A DNA stretch of 64,000 nt, from positions 3,520,001-3,584,000 of the forward strand of contig OZ242311.1 of the NCBI GenBank assembly GCA_965207885.1. The letters are read 5' to 3'. The notes below the pieces were generated by a model. The model made no database searches, was not told where the DNA came from, and saw nothing but the letters and a program-made list of their open reading frames with translations. This stretch comes from Candidatus Latescibacterota bacterium (GTDB lineage: Bacteria; Latescibacterota; UBA2968). Of the stretch, positions 1 to 8,972 are shown piece after piece; positions within the stretch are counted from its first letter, which is position 1, and each line of letters starts with the position of its first letter. The position numbers and the translations under genes were made by a program.

Positions 1-1
1 A

Positions 2-961
2 GGAATCGATCATTCGGTGATCTCGCGCGTTGGACGCTCGCTTGTCGATTTAATGGGTTTGACGCCGCCATCCCTTGCACAGGGCACGCACAATTCATTT
101 GAAACGGGCAATTTAGAAGGCGCGTCAGCCGAGGCTTTTTTGGATGCGATTCAATTTATCGAAGAAGAACTCAAAGAAGAAACAGGACGGGATATTTCAA
201 TTCCCTTAGACCGAGAAGGCGCGGAAATTTTCTTTTTGCCGCCGTCGGGTGATGTGCTGGTATATGCTGAAAATTTAATGGGCATGGCGAAAATTTTTCA
301 CGCCATCGGTGCCGATTGGACGATGAGCTCGCGGGCATTTGACGGATCGAATTTCGGATTTACGACCGGCAATAACTTCTCAATGAAGTACGAGAACAAG
401 CACTACATTGACGCGTGCGAAAAATTGGGATGTAAGATCATGGTAATGGGCGAATGCGGGCATGCGTATCGGGTGATGAAGTTCATGGCCAGCGAAGGGC
501 GCTGGTGGGGCGCATTGCCTTTTGAGATTACCAGCGGCTTTGAATATACGGCACAACTTATTCGCACGGGCAAACTGAAATTGGACCCGGGCAAAAACCT
601 CGATCCCGTGACTTATCACGACGCTTGCCAATTTGCTGCCGGGTGTGGGATAGTCGAGGAACCCAGAGAGATTTTGAAAGCAGCCTGTGCCGATTACCGC
701 GAAATGCCCGATGGCGGGTACACACAGTGGTGTTGCGGTGGTGGCGGTGGGTTATCGGCACTCCGCTCGGTACGCACATTTCGGATGGAGGTCTCGGGAA
801 AAAAGAAAGCAGAGCAAATGCGCGAGACCGATGCGAAGGTCGTATCGACCTCGTGTTTGCAGTGCCGCACACAGCTCAAAGAAATCGCTCGCCATCACAA
901 AATGCCACTAAAAATTACGGGTGTACACGAGTTGATCAACAATGCGATTGTACTGGAATAG
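2..961 (+). CDS. DsrK/HdrD-like Fe-S oxidoreductase with CCG domains (5' partial, runs off the window)
   Basis: Motifs MGECGHAYR, YHDAC, WCCGGGGG and TSCxxC. The frame is open back to position 2 (GIDHSV, tail of a CPxGID ferredoxin motif). Confidence 0.8.
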   Translation, partial: GIDHSVISRVGRSLVDLMGLTPPSLAQGTHNSFETGNLEGASAEAFLDAIQFIEEELKEETGRDISIPLDREGAEIFFLPPSGDVLVYAENLMGMAKIFHAIGADWTMSSRAFDGSNFGFTTGNNFSMKYENKHYIDACEKLGCKIMVMGECGHAYRVMKFMASEGRWWGALPFEITSGFEYTAQLIRTGKLKLDPGKNLDPVTYHDACQFAAGCGIVEEPREILKAACADYREMPDGGYTQWCCGGGGGLSALRSVRTFRMEVSGKKKAEQMRETDAKVVSTSCLQCRTQLKEIARHHKMPLKITGVHELINNAIVLE

Positions 962-971
962 CCGATAGCTC

Positions 972-2180
972 ATGTCTGATTTAATTTACATGGACAACGC
1001 GGCGACGACGTTTCCAAAGCCCCCCAATGTGCTGGAAGACGCGCTGGCGTTTTATCGCAAATACGGGGTAAATCCCGGGCGCAGTGGCACGGATCTGGCG
1101 CGAGAGGCCGAGGCTATGGTTGCCGAGGCGCGTGCATCGCTCGCGTCGCTTTTTGGCGCCACGGGCAGTCCCGATCGGCTTGTGTTTACACACAATGCCT
1201 CGGATGCGTTAAATATTGCGATTCAAGGCACATTGAAACCCGGTGATCACGTAATTACAACGCTCCTAGATCATAATTCGGTTTTGCGCCCGATTTACCA
1301 CCTCTCAAAATACGAAGGAATTGAGGCGACTTATGTGGGCTTTGGGACAGATGGCTTTATCGACCCAGAGGATATTGATAGAGCGATCAGGCCGAATACA
1401 AAACTCGTGGTGATGACCCATGCATCCAATGTACTGGGCACTGTGCAACCCGTAGCCGCGGTCGGTGCAATTTGCCGTACACGCGGTGTAATTTTTTGCG
1501 TTGATGTGGCGCAAACAGCGGGCATGTTGCCCATTGATATAGAGGCGATGCAGGCCGACATTTTGTGTTTTACCGGACACAAGTCACTCATGGGACCAAC
1601 GGGTACTGGTGGGATGTACGTGCGCGAAGGGGTGACAATTGCACCGTTGCGATACGGCGGAACGGGTGTGCGATCGGAATATCCCGATCATCTGGACGAG
1701 TATCCCTGGCGACTGGAGTGCGGCACGGGCAATCTGATGGGTATTGCAGGCCTGTTGTGTGCGCAGAAATGGATGCAACGCAAAGGCGTGGAAAATATTC
1801 ACGCACACGAGATGGCTTTGTTCAAACAACTGGTCAATGGCCTGCGCGAAGTCGATGGGACCATTTTGTATTGCGCTGAAAATTTTGATCAACACGTGCC
1901 CGTATTGTCGGCCAATATCGAAGGGATGACAGCAAACAATGTGGGCACCTTGCTAGATGTGAAGTTCAATGTGGCAACGCGCACGGGATTGCAATGCGCG
2001 CCAAAGGTACATGAAACTCTGGGCACAAAAGCGGTGAAGGGCACTGTGCGTATTTCGTTAGGCCCCTTCAATACCGAAGCACAAATTGAGACTGTAATTG
2101 AGGGCTTGAGTGATATATCCAAACGGCATGGGCGAAGCAGTGAACAACTGCTAAAAGGTCAGGTGCGGAATGGCCTATGA
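972..2180 (+). CDS. Cysteine desulfurase family (class V PLP aminotransferase)
   Basis: YMDNAATT N-terminus, DVAQ, PLP lysine in TGHK, group II catalytic Cys in RTGLQCAP. Confidence 0.9.
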   Translation: MSDLIYMDNAATTFPKPPNVLEDALAFYRKYGVNPGRSGTDLAREAEAMVAEARASLASLFGATGSPDRLVFTHNASDALNIAIQGTLKPGDHVITTLLDHNSVLRPIYHLSKYEGIEATYVGFGTDGFIDPEDIDRAIRPNTKLVVMTHASNVLGTVQPVAAVGAICRTRGVIFCVDVAQTAGMLPIDIEAMQADILCFTGHKSLMGPTGTGGMYVREGVTIAPLRYGGTGVRSEYPDHLDEYPWRLECGTGNLMGIAGLLCAQKWMQRKGVENIHAHEMALFKQLVNGLREVDGTILYCAENFDQHVPVLSANIEGMTANNVGTLLDVKFNVATRTGLQCAPKVHETLGTKAVKGTVRISLGPFNTEAQIETVIEGLSDISKRHGRSSEQLLKGQVRNGL

Positions 2181-2493
2181 GATTGTGACGCTGGGTGGCA
2201 AAGAAATTGAGGTGGATGAAGATGGATTTATCCAACAACCCGAGCTTTGGAACGAAGATGTAGCGCGCGATATAGCCAGACAAGATGGCATTGAGAAGAT
2301 GAGTGAGGATCACTGGCAGGTAGTGTATTATATCCGAAATTATTGGTTGAAATTTGAAATCGCCCCATTAATCCGCCGCCTGTGCAAAGAGACAGAGAAA
2401 GATATCGATACGATTTACGATCTGTTTTCTGCAGGTCCTGCAGATGGCGCGTGTAAAATCGCGGGTTTGCCAACCCCTACGGGGTGTACGTGA
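2170..2493 (+). CDS. dsrC: DsrC/TusE family sulfur relay protein
   Basis: VDEDGFI...WNEDVA, HW and C-terminal GACKIAGLPTPTGCT, which retains both cysteines (C-X10-C). Confidence 0.85.
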   Translation: MAYEIVTLGGKEIEVDEDGFIQQPELWNEDVARDIARQDGIEKMSEDHWQVVYYIRNYWLKFEIAPLIRRLCKETEKDIDTIYDLFSAGPADGACKIAGLPTPTGCT

Positions 2494-2519
2494 CCGCTAA
2501 AAATGAGTTTTAACAAAAC

Positions 2520-2556
2520 GAGGCGATTCCCAATAGGAAATCGCCTCAATTTTTTT
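2520..2556. terminator. Intrinsic terminator between convergent genes
   Basis: GAGGCGATT...AATCGCCTC stem followed by a T-run. Confidence 0.7.
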
Positions 2557-2571
2557 AAGCTTTAATCAACT

Positions 2572-3468
2572 CTATCCCGTACGCGCTTGAATATTCGACA
2601 TATCTTCAATAACCGTGAGCAAACCCGAATGGTCAAGTTCGCCGCGGCCTTTGACCATCGCGGTCTTGAAAAGCTCAAAAACCTCGCTGGTAACGGGCAA
2701 GGGCACGTCGAAATCATTACTCGTTTTCTGGATGATATTGAGGTCTTTGTAGTGCAGGCGAATGCGAAAGCCGGGATCAAAATCGCCATTGACCATGCGC
2801 TCGCCCCTGTTTTCAAGCACACCACAGCGAGCGAGCCCCCCGCTGAGCACCTGAACAATTTTGATTGGATCAACACCTGCTTTGGTACCCATTGTGAGGG
2901 CTTCTGATACGCCAGCAATGGTGACAGCAACGAGAATTTGATTGCACGCTTTTACGGTTTGCCCTGCGCCGAGGGGACCACACAAAATCGCACTTTGACC
3001 CATGATATCAAAGAGTGGTTTGACCGTGTTAAACGTATCTGCATCGCCGCCAACCATAATGGAAAGGGTGGCATTTTGGGCACCGATATCACCGCCGCTG
3101 ACGGGTGCATCGAGACTTTGGACGCCTTTTTCTGAGAGCACCTCCCCCACCTGTGTGGTGACACTGGGTGCAATCGTGCTCATATCGACGAAAATCAGAC
3201 CCTCGTGCACGCCTTCAATAATCCCGCCCTCGCCCAAAGCGACACTCTCGACATCGGGCGAATCGGGCAACATAGTGAGAACAATATCGCTTTGTTCCGC
3301 CACCTCTTTACCAGAGTGCGCTTCTGTAGCCCCTCTACCAACGAGTTCATCAACCGCATCTCGATTGCGGTTGTGTACGACGAGTTCATATCCAGCATCT
3401 ATCAAATGACCGGCCATCGGCTTGCCCATGATCCCGAGACCGATAAACCCAATTTTTGGCTTCGACAT
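2572..3468 (-). CDS. 2-hydroxy-3-oxopropionate reductase (beta-hydroxyacid dehydrogenase, GarR/GlxR-like)
   Basis: GFIGLGIMG Rossmann motif, DAPVSGG, VKACNQ, FxPGFRIxLHxKD. Confidence 0.88.
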   Translation of the reverse strand: MSKPKIGFIGLGIMGKPMAGHLIDAGYELVVHNRNRDAVDELVGRGATEAHSGKEVAEQSDIVLTMLPDSPDVESVALGEGGIIEGVHEGLIFVDMSTIAPSVTTQVGEVLSEKGVQSLDAPVSGGDIGAQNATLSIMVGGDADTFNTVKPLFDIMGQSAILCGPLGAGQTVKACNQILVAVTIAGVSEALTMGTKAGVDPIKIVQVLSGGLARCGVLENRGERMVNGDFDPGFRIRLHYKDLNIIQKTSNDFDVPLPVTSEVFELFKTAMVKGRGELDHSGLLTVIEDMSNIQARTG

Positions 3469-3517
3469 GTATTAAACTCCTTTCAACTGAAAATATAATT
3501 TATCAAAACAAGGATTT

Positions 3518-4441
3518 CTATAACTTCCTCAACTCTGCAAGCGAGGGAAAGGCATGGCTCTCCCACACCCGCACGATTACTCCATCCACAATATAAGCCA
3601 GTCGCGGATACCCATGCCCATAGGTCAAACGCTTGAAATCAGCGAGAGAAATTGTGGCGATGGTGAAACGCGGTCGAAACTGCATTTTGAACTGTGTGGT
3701 CACAGGATGATCTTTGGGGTACTGACTTAAAGCAATTAATCTCGGCACCTCTGGATCGGCAGCCCAGAAATTGAGCTTGGGCACGGCAGCCTGGCAATAG
3801 TGACAACTTGGACTAAACAACTCGATCAGATAGGCTCCACGCGTCAAATCGATATCTGTATCTAACAGGGATAAACCTTTCAGATAATCACCCACCTGCA
3901 GGTCTGAATCAGCTAACCGATCACGCTCGGGCACATACCTGAACCCCAGCACCGTTAGAGCAACCAATCCGCCGACCAGGACTACCCCTCTCCCCCATGC
4001 CCACAGCGCAACGGACCTTCGCCGCGACCCCCACCAGGAAAAGACCAGCAACCCCAGCATAAGAAAATTTTCCACCATTGCCTCAGTTGGCGAGCGATCG
4101 ACCAGAGTACCAAAACACCCGCAACTCTCCCCCATTCCCCGATGTAAGGCATGAGCGGTAATCGCAAGAAAAAAAACCATCATCACCACACCTATAGGCA
4201 AAACGAGACGCGGCTTCCAATCGACCAGAAGCGCGAGACCCACCAGGCATTCTAACGGACCGAGCAACAGAGCCAATTTGGCGACCATTTCCACTGTCTC
4301 GCGCCCGACAAAAATCTGGGCAGGCACCACAGCCTCCCAGAAAAAGAGCACGGGATCCCATATCTTAGTCAGACCAGCCACCAGAAAAACCACACCCATA
4401 ATTCGCTGGCTTACCCACAGGCTCTTTTCTAATCCACTCAT
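3518..4441 (-). CDS. MauE/DoxX membrane protein fused to a thioredoxin-like domain
   Basis: Multiple TM helices, CGCFG motif and a C-terminal CHYC motif. Confidence 0.7.
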   Translation of the reverse strand: MSGLEKSLWVSQRIMGVVFLVAGLTKIWDPVLFFWEAVVPAQIFVGRETVEMVAKLALLLGPLECLVGLALLVDWKPRLVLPIGVVMMVFFLAITAHALHRGMGESCGCFGTLVDRSPTEAMVENFLMLGLLVFSWWGSRRRSVALWAWGRGVVLVGGLVALTVLGFRYVPERDRLADSDLQVGDYLKGLSLLDTDIDLTRGAYLIELFSPSCHYCQAAVPKLNFWAADPEVPRLIALSQYPKDHPVTTQFKMQFRPRFTIATISLADFKRLTYGHGYPRLAYIVDGVIVRVWESHAFPSLAELRKL

Positions 4442-4455
4442 AGATATTTCCTCTT

Positions 4456-5286
4456 TCAGTCAATAAATAACGGCTGATCGGATCGCGGTACAATGCCCGC
4501 TTCTTCTGCCCGCGCAAAAAGATCGACCAGCGCTGCTTTTCCATCTGCGCCGTAATCCAACGTGTATTCATTGACGTACAGATCGATGTGCTGCTGCATC
4601 ACGGCTTCGTCCATCTCCTGTGCGTGCTGGCGGATGTAACTTTTAACTGCATCGGGGTTTTCATGTGCATATTTTACACTGGCGCAAAGAGATACATCAA
4701 TCTGCTGAATTTTTCCTTCGCCGAGATCACGTCGGACAAGAATACCGCCGAGTGGAATGGGATGTCCCGTAGATGCCTCCCACCATTCGCCCAGGTCAAT
4801 GACTTTGTACAGACCATAATCGGGATAGGTAAATCGCGATTCGTGGATAATCACGCCGGCATCAACATCGCCTTTTTGCGTGGCCTCCATAATCTCGTCA
4901 AAAGGCATTGCGACGAGATTGTCAAGTGCAGGATTAAAGAGACGCAGCAAGAGCGCGGCCGTGGTGAGTTCGCCGGGAATGGCAATGCGTTTGCCCAACA
5001 GATCGCGTGGATCAAGAGAGTCAGACGCAATAACGAGCGGGCCACATCCGCGCCCCAATGCCCCTCCCGAATGCAACAAACAATAGCGATCGCGCATAAA
5101 TGCAAGCGCGTGGAATGATATTTTGGTCATATCCAATTTACCAGCCATAGCCATGCGATTCAGAGTCTCGATATCTTCGAGAATCTCGCGACATCTCGGC
5201 GCGCCGTCAATTTTTCCGTGAACCAAACCGTAGAAAATATACGTGTCATTGGGACACGGGGAATAACCAAGAGAAATACGGGACAT
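4456..5286 (-). CDS. mqnD: 1,4-dihydroxy-6-naphthoate synthase (futalosine pathway)
   Basis: YSPCPNDT, GGALGRGCGPL, IIHESRFTY, HIDLYVNEY. Start moved to MSRISLG. Confidence 0.93.
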   Translation of the reverse strand: MSRISLGYSPCPNDTYIFYGLVHGKIDGAPRCREILEDIETLNRMAMAGKLDMTKISFHALAFMRDRYCLLHSGGALGRGCGPLVIASDSLDPRDLLGKRIAIPGELTTAALLLRLFNPALDNLVAMPFDEIMEATQKGDVDAGVIIHESRFTYPDYGLYKVIDLGEWWEASTGHPIPLGGILVRRDLGEGKIQQIDVSLCASVKYAHENPDAVKSYIRQHAQEMDEAVMQQHIDLYVNEYTLDYGADGKAALVDLFARAEEAGIVPRSDQPLFID

Positions 5287-5299
5287 GATGAACCTCGCG

Positions 5300-6031
5300 T
5301 CATAGAGCCTCAACGAATTTTCGCGCTGCTATTTGCGCACGCTGGACAGATTGGGGAATATCCCAGGTGTCTTTGTTGCGGTCTTCCACACGGTTGCTAA
5401 TAGCGCGTAATTCGAGAAATGGAACCGCGTAAAGGATGCAGACATGTGCCGCGGCTGCGCCCTCCATGTTTTCGCATATCGCATTAAAACGCGCTGCCAA
5501 TTCATTCCCAATATCCTCGCGCCCTGTACACTGTTGCACTGTGACAAAAGGACCTTGCACAACACATTCGCCCGATTGTTCGAGTATGTGCTGCGCCCTG
5601 GCGACAAGCGCGGGATCGAGAGAATACGTATTGTAATAATCGCGATCTGTTGACAGGACGGGAATACCGATCTCATCAGCAGGAGACCAGCCAGCAGGTG
5701 TGATGACGCCTAAATCGCCATAATTTTCCTCGGTCGCAAGTGCGAGATCGCCCTTATCCAGGCCACTGCCGAGATAAGCACCGCCTATGCCGATTTGCAG
5801 AACGAGTTCGGGATCAATCTCCTGCAGTGCAACAGTCAGAGCCTGCGCCGTATTGACCGCCCCAATACCCGTTTCAACAAGGACTACGGGGCTGATGCCA
5901 ATCATACCGCGAACCCAGGCGCGATGTCCTATACGCTGTATTGTCGCCTGTTGAAGGCTATCGCGCAAACGCTGTTGCTCATAAGCCGTAGCTGTCAGGA
6001 TGAGCAGAGGATCGAGCATGGTCTTGAGCAC
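5300..6031 (-). CDS. mqnB: Futalosine hydrolase
   Basis: Nucleosidase fold (GIGGAY, ENMEGAA, ELRAISNRVEDR), adjacent to mqnD. Confidence 0.9.
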   Translation of the reverse strand: MLKTMLDPLLILTATAYEQQRLRDSLQQATIQRIGHRAWVRGMIGISPVVLVETGIGAVNTAQALTVALQEIDPELVLQIGIGGAYLGSGLDKGDLALATEENYGDLGVITPAGWSPADEIGIPVLSTDRDYYNTYSLDPALVARAQHILEQSGECVVQGPFVTVQQCTGREDIGNELAARFNAICENMEGAAAAHVCILYAVPFLELRAISNRVEDRNKDTWDIPQSVQRAQIAARKFVEAL

Positions 6032-7051
6032 CTAAAAAGAAAAGGGCATCTTCAGAGACACGGTTCGCCGTGCAGGTTCGTACCATCCCTGAGGTGCGAA
6101 ATGGTCGGAATGCAAATAGCATTTCACATCTACCCAATCGCATCCCTCGGCAAAAGTCAAAACGCGACTCATCGGCACGTTCTTTTGCCCGTGAAATTTT
6201 GAAATCGCAGCGACGTTAATAAATGTCGCGCCCCACTTCTGTTCCACATGCGAACGCCCGCCGGTCGTATCCTCGGGATTTGTATGCGTGTGTCCGCCCA
6301 GCCAGATATCACAAACACCGGGATTATCTGCTAGAAAACCTTCAAATTGTCCGCTATCTGGTTTGCCACCCACCCAGTAGAGATACGAAGCCCCAATAGG
6401 TGCGCCATCGTCAAAACGACCGTGATAGCCTTCATCTACCCCCACCCAATCGAGCGAAGCAACCGTCGTCTCTTTTAACATGTGGTGATGTGCGGAAATG
6501 ATAATTTTATCCCGATGGGAAAGCACCATATCGCGCCACCATTCAAATGTCCCCTGTGTGACCGCGCCTGCGGGATAACCACCCCTATTTCCCCGTCCCA
6601 CAGGTGGCCCGCCATCATTGCGATCACCCATACACAAAAACAGGATATTGCCCACCTCAAAAGAATACCGATCCCACTGCCCGGTTACGGGATACGGTCG
6701 CTGGTTGGCATAAACACCCGAATATTCGGAGTTCACACCCATTGGGTCCACCCACTTTTGAAACCACCACTGGGTCTCTTCATCGGGACCACTCGCATCG
6801 TGATTGCCCACGATATTGTAAAAATGTGACCGCGGATGTTTGGTCGATACACTGTATTGCCGAACCACCTCCTCGCCTTCTTCATCGTCGGGCGGTTCCT
6901 GCGCGCCGGATAGATCGCCAATATCGAGCATCACATCCCATTCAAAATCCCGCTCTGCCTGTAAAATGGCTGTTTCCAAACTCTTTCGCCCCCGCCGCAG
7001 GTCCGTTCCCACATGCGCGTCCCCACCAGCCCAGAGTGTGAATGCACTCAT
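6032..7051 (-). CDS. Calcineurin-like metallophosphoesterase
   Basis: DAHVG, GDLS, GNHD, HH and GHTH motifs. Confidence 0.8.
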   Translation of the reverse strand: MSAFTLWAGGDAHVGTDLRRGRKSLETAILQAERDFEWDVMLDIGDLSGAQEPPDDEEGEEVVRQYSVSTKHPRSHFYNIVGNHDASGPDEETQWWFQKWVDPMGVNSEYSGVYANQRPYPVTGQWDRYSFEVGNILFLCMGDRNDGGPPVGRGNRGGYPAGAVTQGTFEWWRDMVLSHRDKIIISAHHHMLKETTVASLDWVGVDEGYHGRFDDGAPIGASYLYWVGGKPDSGQFEGFLADNPGVCDIWLGGHTHTNPEDTTGGRSHVEQKWGATFINVAAISKFHGQKNVPMSRVLTFAEGCDWVDVKCYLHSDHFAPQGWYEPARRTVSLKMPFSF

Positions 7052-7923
7052 TGCGCCCCCCGCCACCCGATATCAATACTCGTGTACCCATTAGTATATC
7101 GCTTCAAATGGTCCGGAATATTTTTCAAAAACCACTTGCCTGATTCCGGTATCTCCCACGGAATATCGATTCTGTGATTGCGATCTCTAAACCCAATCGC
7201 GCACGAAAGGCGCGTCTCATCCAACCGATTGGGAAATGCCCCGTGGTACGTGCGGTGGGCAAACACAATCATATCTCCCCCATTTGTGAACAGGGGAACT
7301 AACCCCGGAATATCAAATCCCGCGTAGCGGTGTTCTTCCTCGCCTTCGGGATAAAACGAGCGCCGATCTGACGTCAACTTAAATCCTTCGGGACCTTCCC
7401 AGCCTTCCATATGAGAATCTTCGATCACACACAGGCCGCCGTGAATCGGGCGTGACCCTGTCAGATAAAACCACTTGCCCGACGGCCAGAGTCCGCGATT
7501 CAACACATCGCCCGAGTTCAAAACTTTATTGGAAAAACCACACCAATCCGTATGCCACCCCACGGGCTGAGACCCCGACATGCGAATGATCGCTGCAGAG
7601 CGATGGACGGTCATATCATCTGTGCCTATCAAATGCCGATGAATATCCATAAATGGCTCGTATTCCAAAAGCTCCCATGCACCTGGTCCAGATTCGATCC
7701 ACGCATGTCGCGTACAACTCTGGCCGCCCTCTAACGTCCCGTCTGGATCGGTACCGTCATACACAGCCTGTTTGAGCTTCTCGACAATCTCATCCGGCAA
7801 CACATCTTTAATAATCGCAAATCCGTGCGCCTCCAGGCACTCGGACATTGCATCGAGTTCATCTGTAGCAAACTCATAGCAATAGCCCAAATCGGGCTTT
7901 TTAATATGTGAATAGTCTGCCAT
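7048..7923 (-). CDS. Phytanoyl-CoA dioxygenase (PhyH) family 2OG-Fe(II) enzyme
   Basis: WHTD...H...R facial triad pattern, GDMIVF. Confidence 0.8.
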   Translation of the reverse strand: MADYSHIKKPDLGYCYEFATDELDAMSECLEAHGFAIIKDVLPDEIVEKLKQAVYDGTDPDGTLEGGQSCTRHAWIESGPGAWELLEYEPFMDIHRHLIGTDDMTVHRSAAIIRMSGSQPVGWHTDWCGFSNKVLNSGDVLNRGLWPSGKWFYLTGSRPIHGGLCVIEDSHMEGWEGPEGFKLTSDRRSFYPEGEEEHRYAGFDIPGLVPLFTNGGDMIVFAHRTYHGAFPNRLDETRLSCAIGFRDRNHRIDIPWEIPESGKWFLKNIPDHLKRYTNGYTSIDIGWRGAQ

Positions 7924-7944
7924 TTTTTCCTCCCTATGTGTTCT

Positions 7945-8958
7945 TTATTCAGGTGGATCAGAAGAAAGAGCATTTCCATCTGTCACCTGGCATCCGGCCA
8001 ACAACACTTCTTGCACGGTCAAATCGTGTGCCTGAGAATAATCCGGTTCTTTCTCGCCATTCATACACGCCCTCAACTCCCTCAACAGCGTTGGAAAACT
8101 ATCAGGAGGTTCAATCTCCAATTCCTGCCAGCCGCTCTGATACCCTTCGGTTTTCTCTTCCAAGCACAAACTCAGATTATTGGAGCCAATGGGCGCGTGA
8201 AGCGCTGTTCCCGACGTCCCGTGCACCTCAATCCGCCGTGCCATACCCACCTGCATGGCGGCCATGTCAATCGTGCCGAGACCGCGTTCAAAATCGTGTA
8301 CCACAACCGCGTTGTCAACGACAGTTCGTTTGCCATAATGTTTTCGGAGGATCGGATGTACATCTGTCGGGCGTCCCATCAAAGCCACCATAATATCTAC
8401 GAGATGACCCGCCATTTCAAAATAAATCCCCCCGTGATAAATGCCGTTCTCCTCTTCTAACTCTGTGCGCCAACTGTAGGGCTTTGGGATATGCCCGCGG
8501 TAAGCGTAAATATCACCCAACACATCCAGCTTTGCCAATCGAATAATCTCGTGGACAGCTGGATTATAACGCCACATATAGGCCAAATTGAGGACCAATT
8601 GTTTGTCCGATGCCAATTTCTGGATGCGCTTAAACTGGTCCAGATTGACTCCCGCGGGTTTTTCCAGCAATACATGCCTGCCTGCGGTGAGTGCTTGTTC
8701 GGCATAATCCAAATTCTGATAGACATGCCCTTCTACAATAACGGCATCGACCTCACTGTTTAACACCGCGTCAACCGAATCAAAAATGGGAATATCCAGC
8801 CCCTCTTCCGCACTCTTTTCCCGTCTGATCGCAATCACTTCGGGATCGGGATCGTACATGCCAATGAACTGAACCTCATCAGGCGACCGCGCAGCTTCGC
8901 GCAAGTGCATACTCGTATGACTGTGCCAGCAACCCAAAAACGCAACTTTTAATGCCAT
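7945..8958 (-). CDS. Gfo/Idh/MocA oxidoreductase
   Basis: HVLLEKP motif and N-terminal Rossmann fold. Confidence 0.85.
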   Translation of the reverse strand: MALKVAFLGCWHSHTSMHLREAARSPDEVQFIGMYDPDPEVIAIRREKSAEEGLDIPIFDSVDAVLNSEVDAVIVEGHVYQNLDYAEQALTAGRHVLLEKPAGVNLDQFKRIQKLASDKQLVLNLAYMWRYNPAVHEIIRLAKLDVLGDIYAYRGHIPKPYSWRTELEEENGIYHGGIYFEMAGHLVDIMVALMGRPTDVHPILRKHYGKRTVVDNAVVVHDFERGLGTIDMAAMQVGMARRIEVHGTSGTALHAPIGSNNLSLCLEEKTEGYQSGWQELEIEPPDSFPTLLRELRACMNGEKEPDYSQAHDLTVQEVLLAGCQVTDGNALSSDPPE

Positions 8959-8972
8959 TGAAAACTCCTTTG

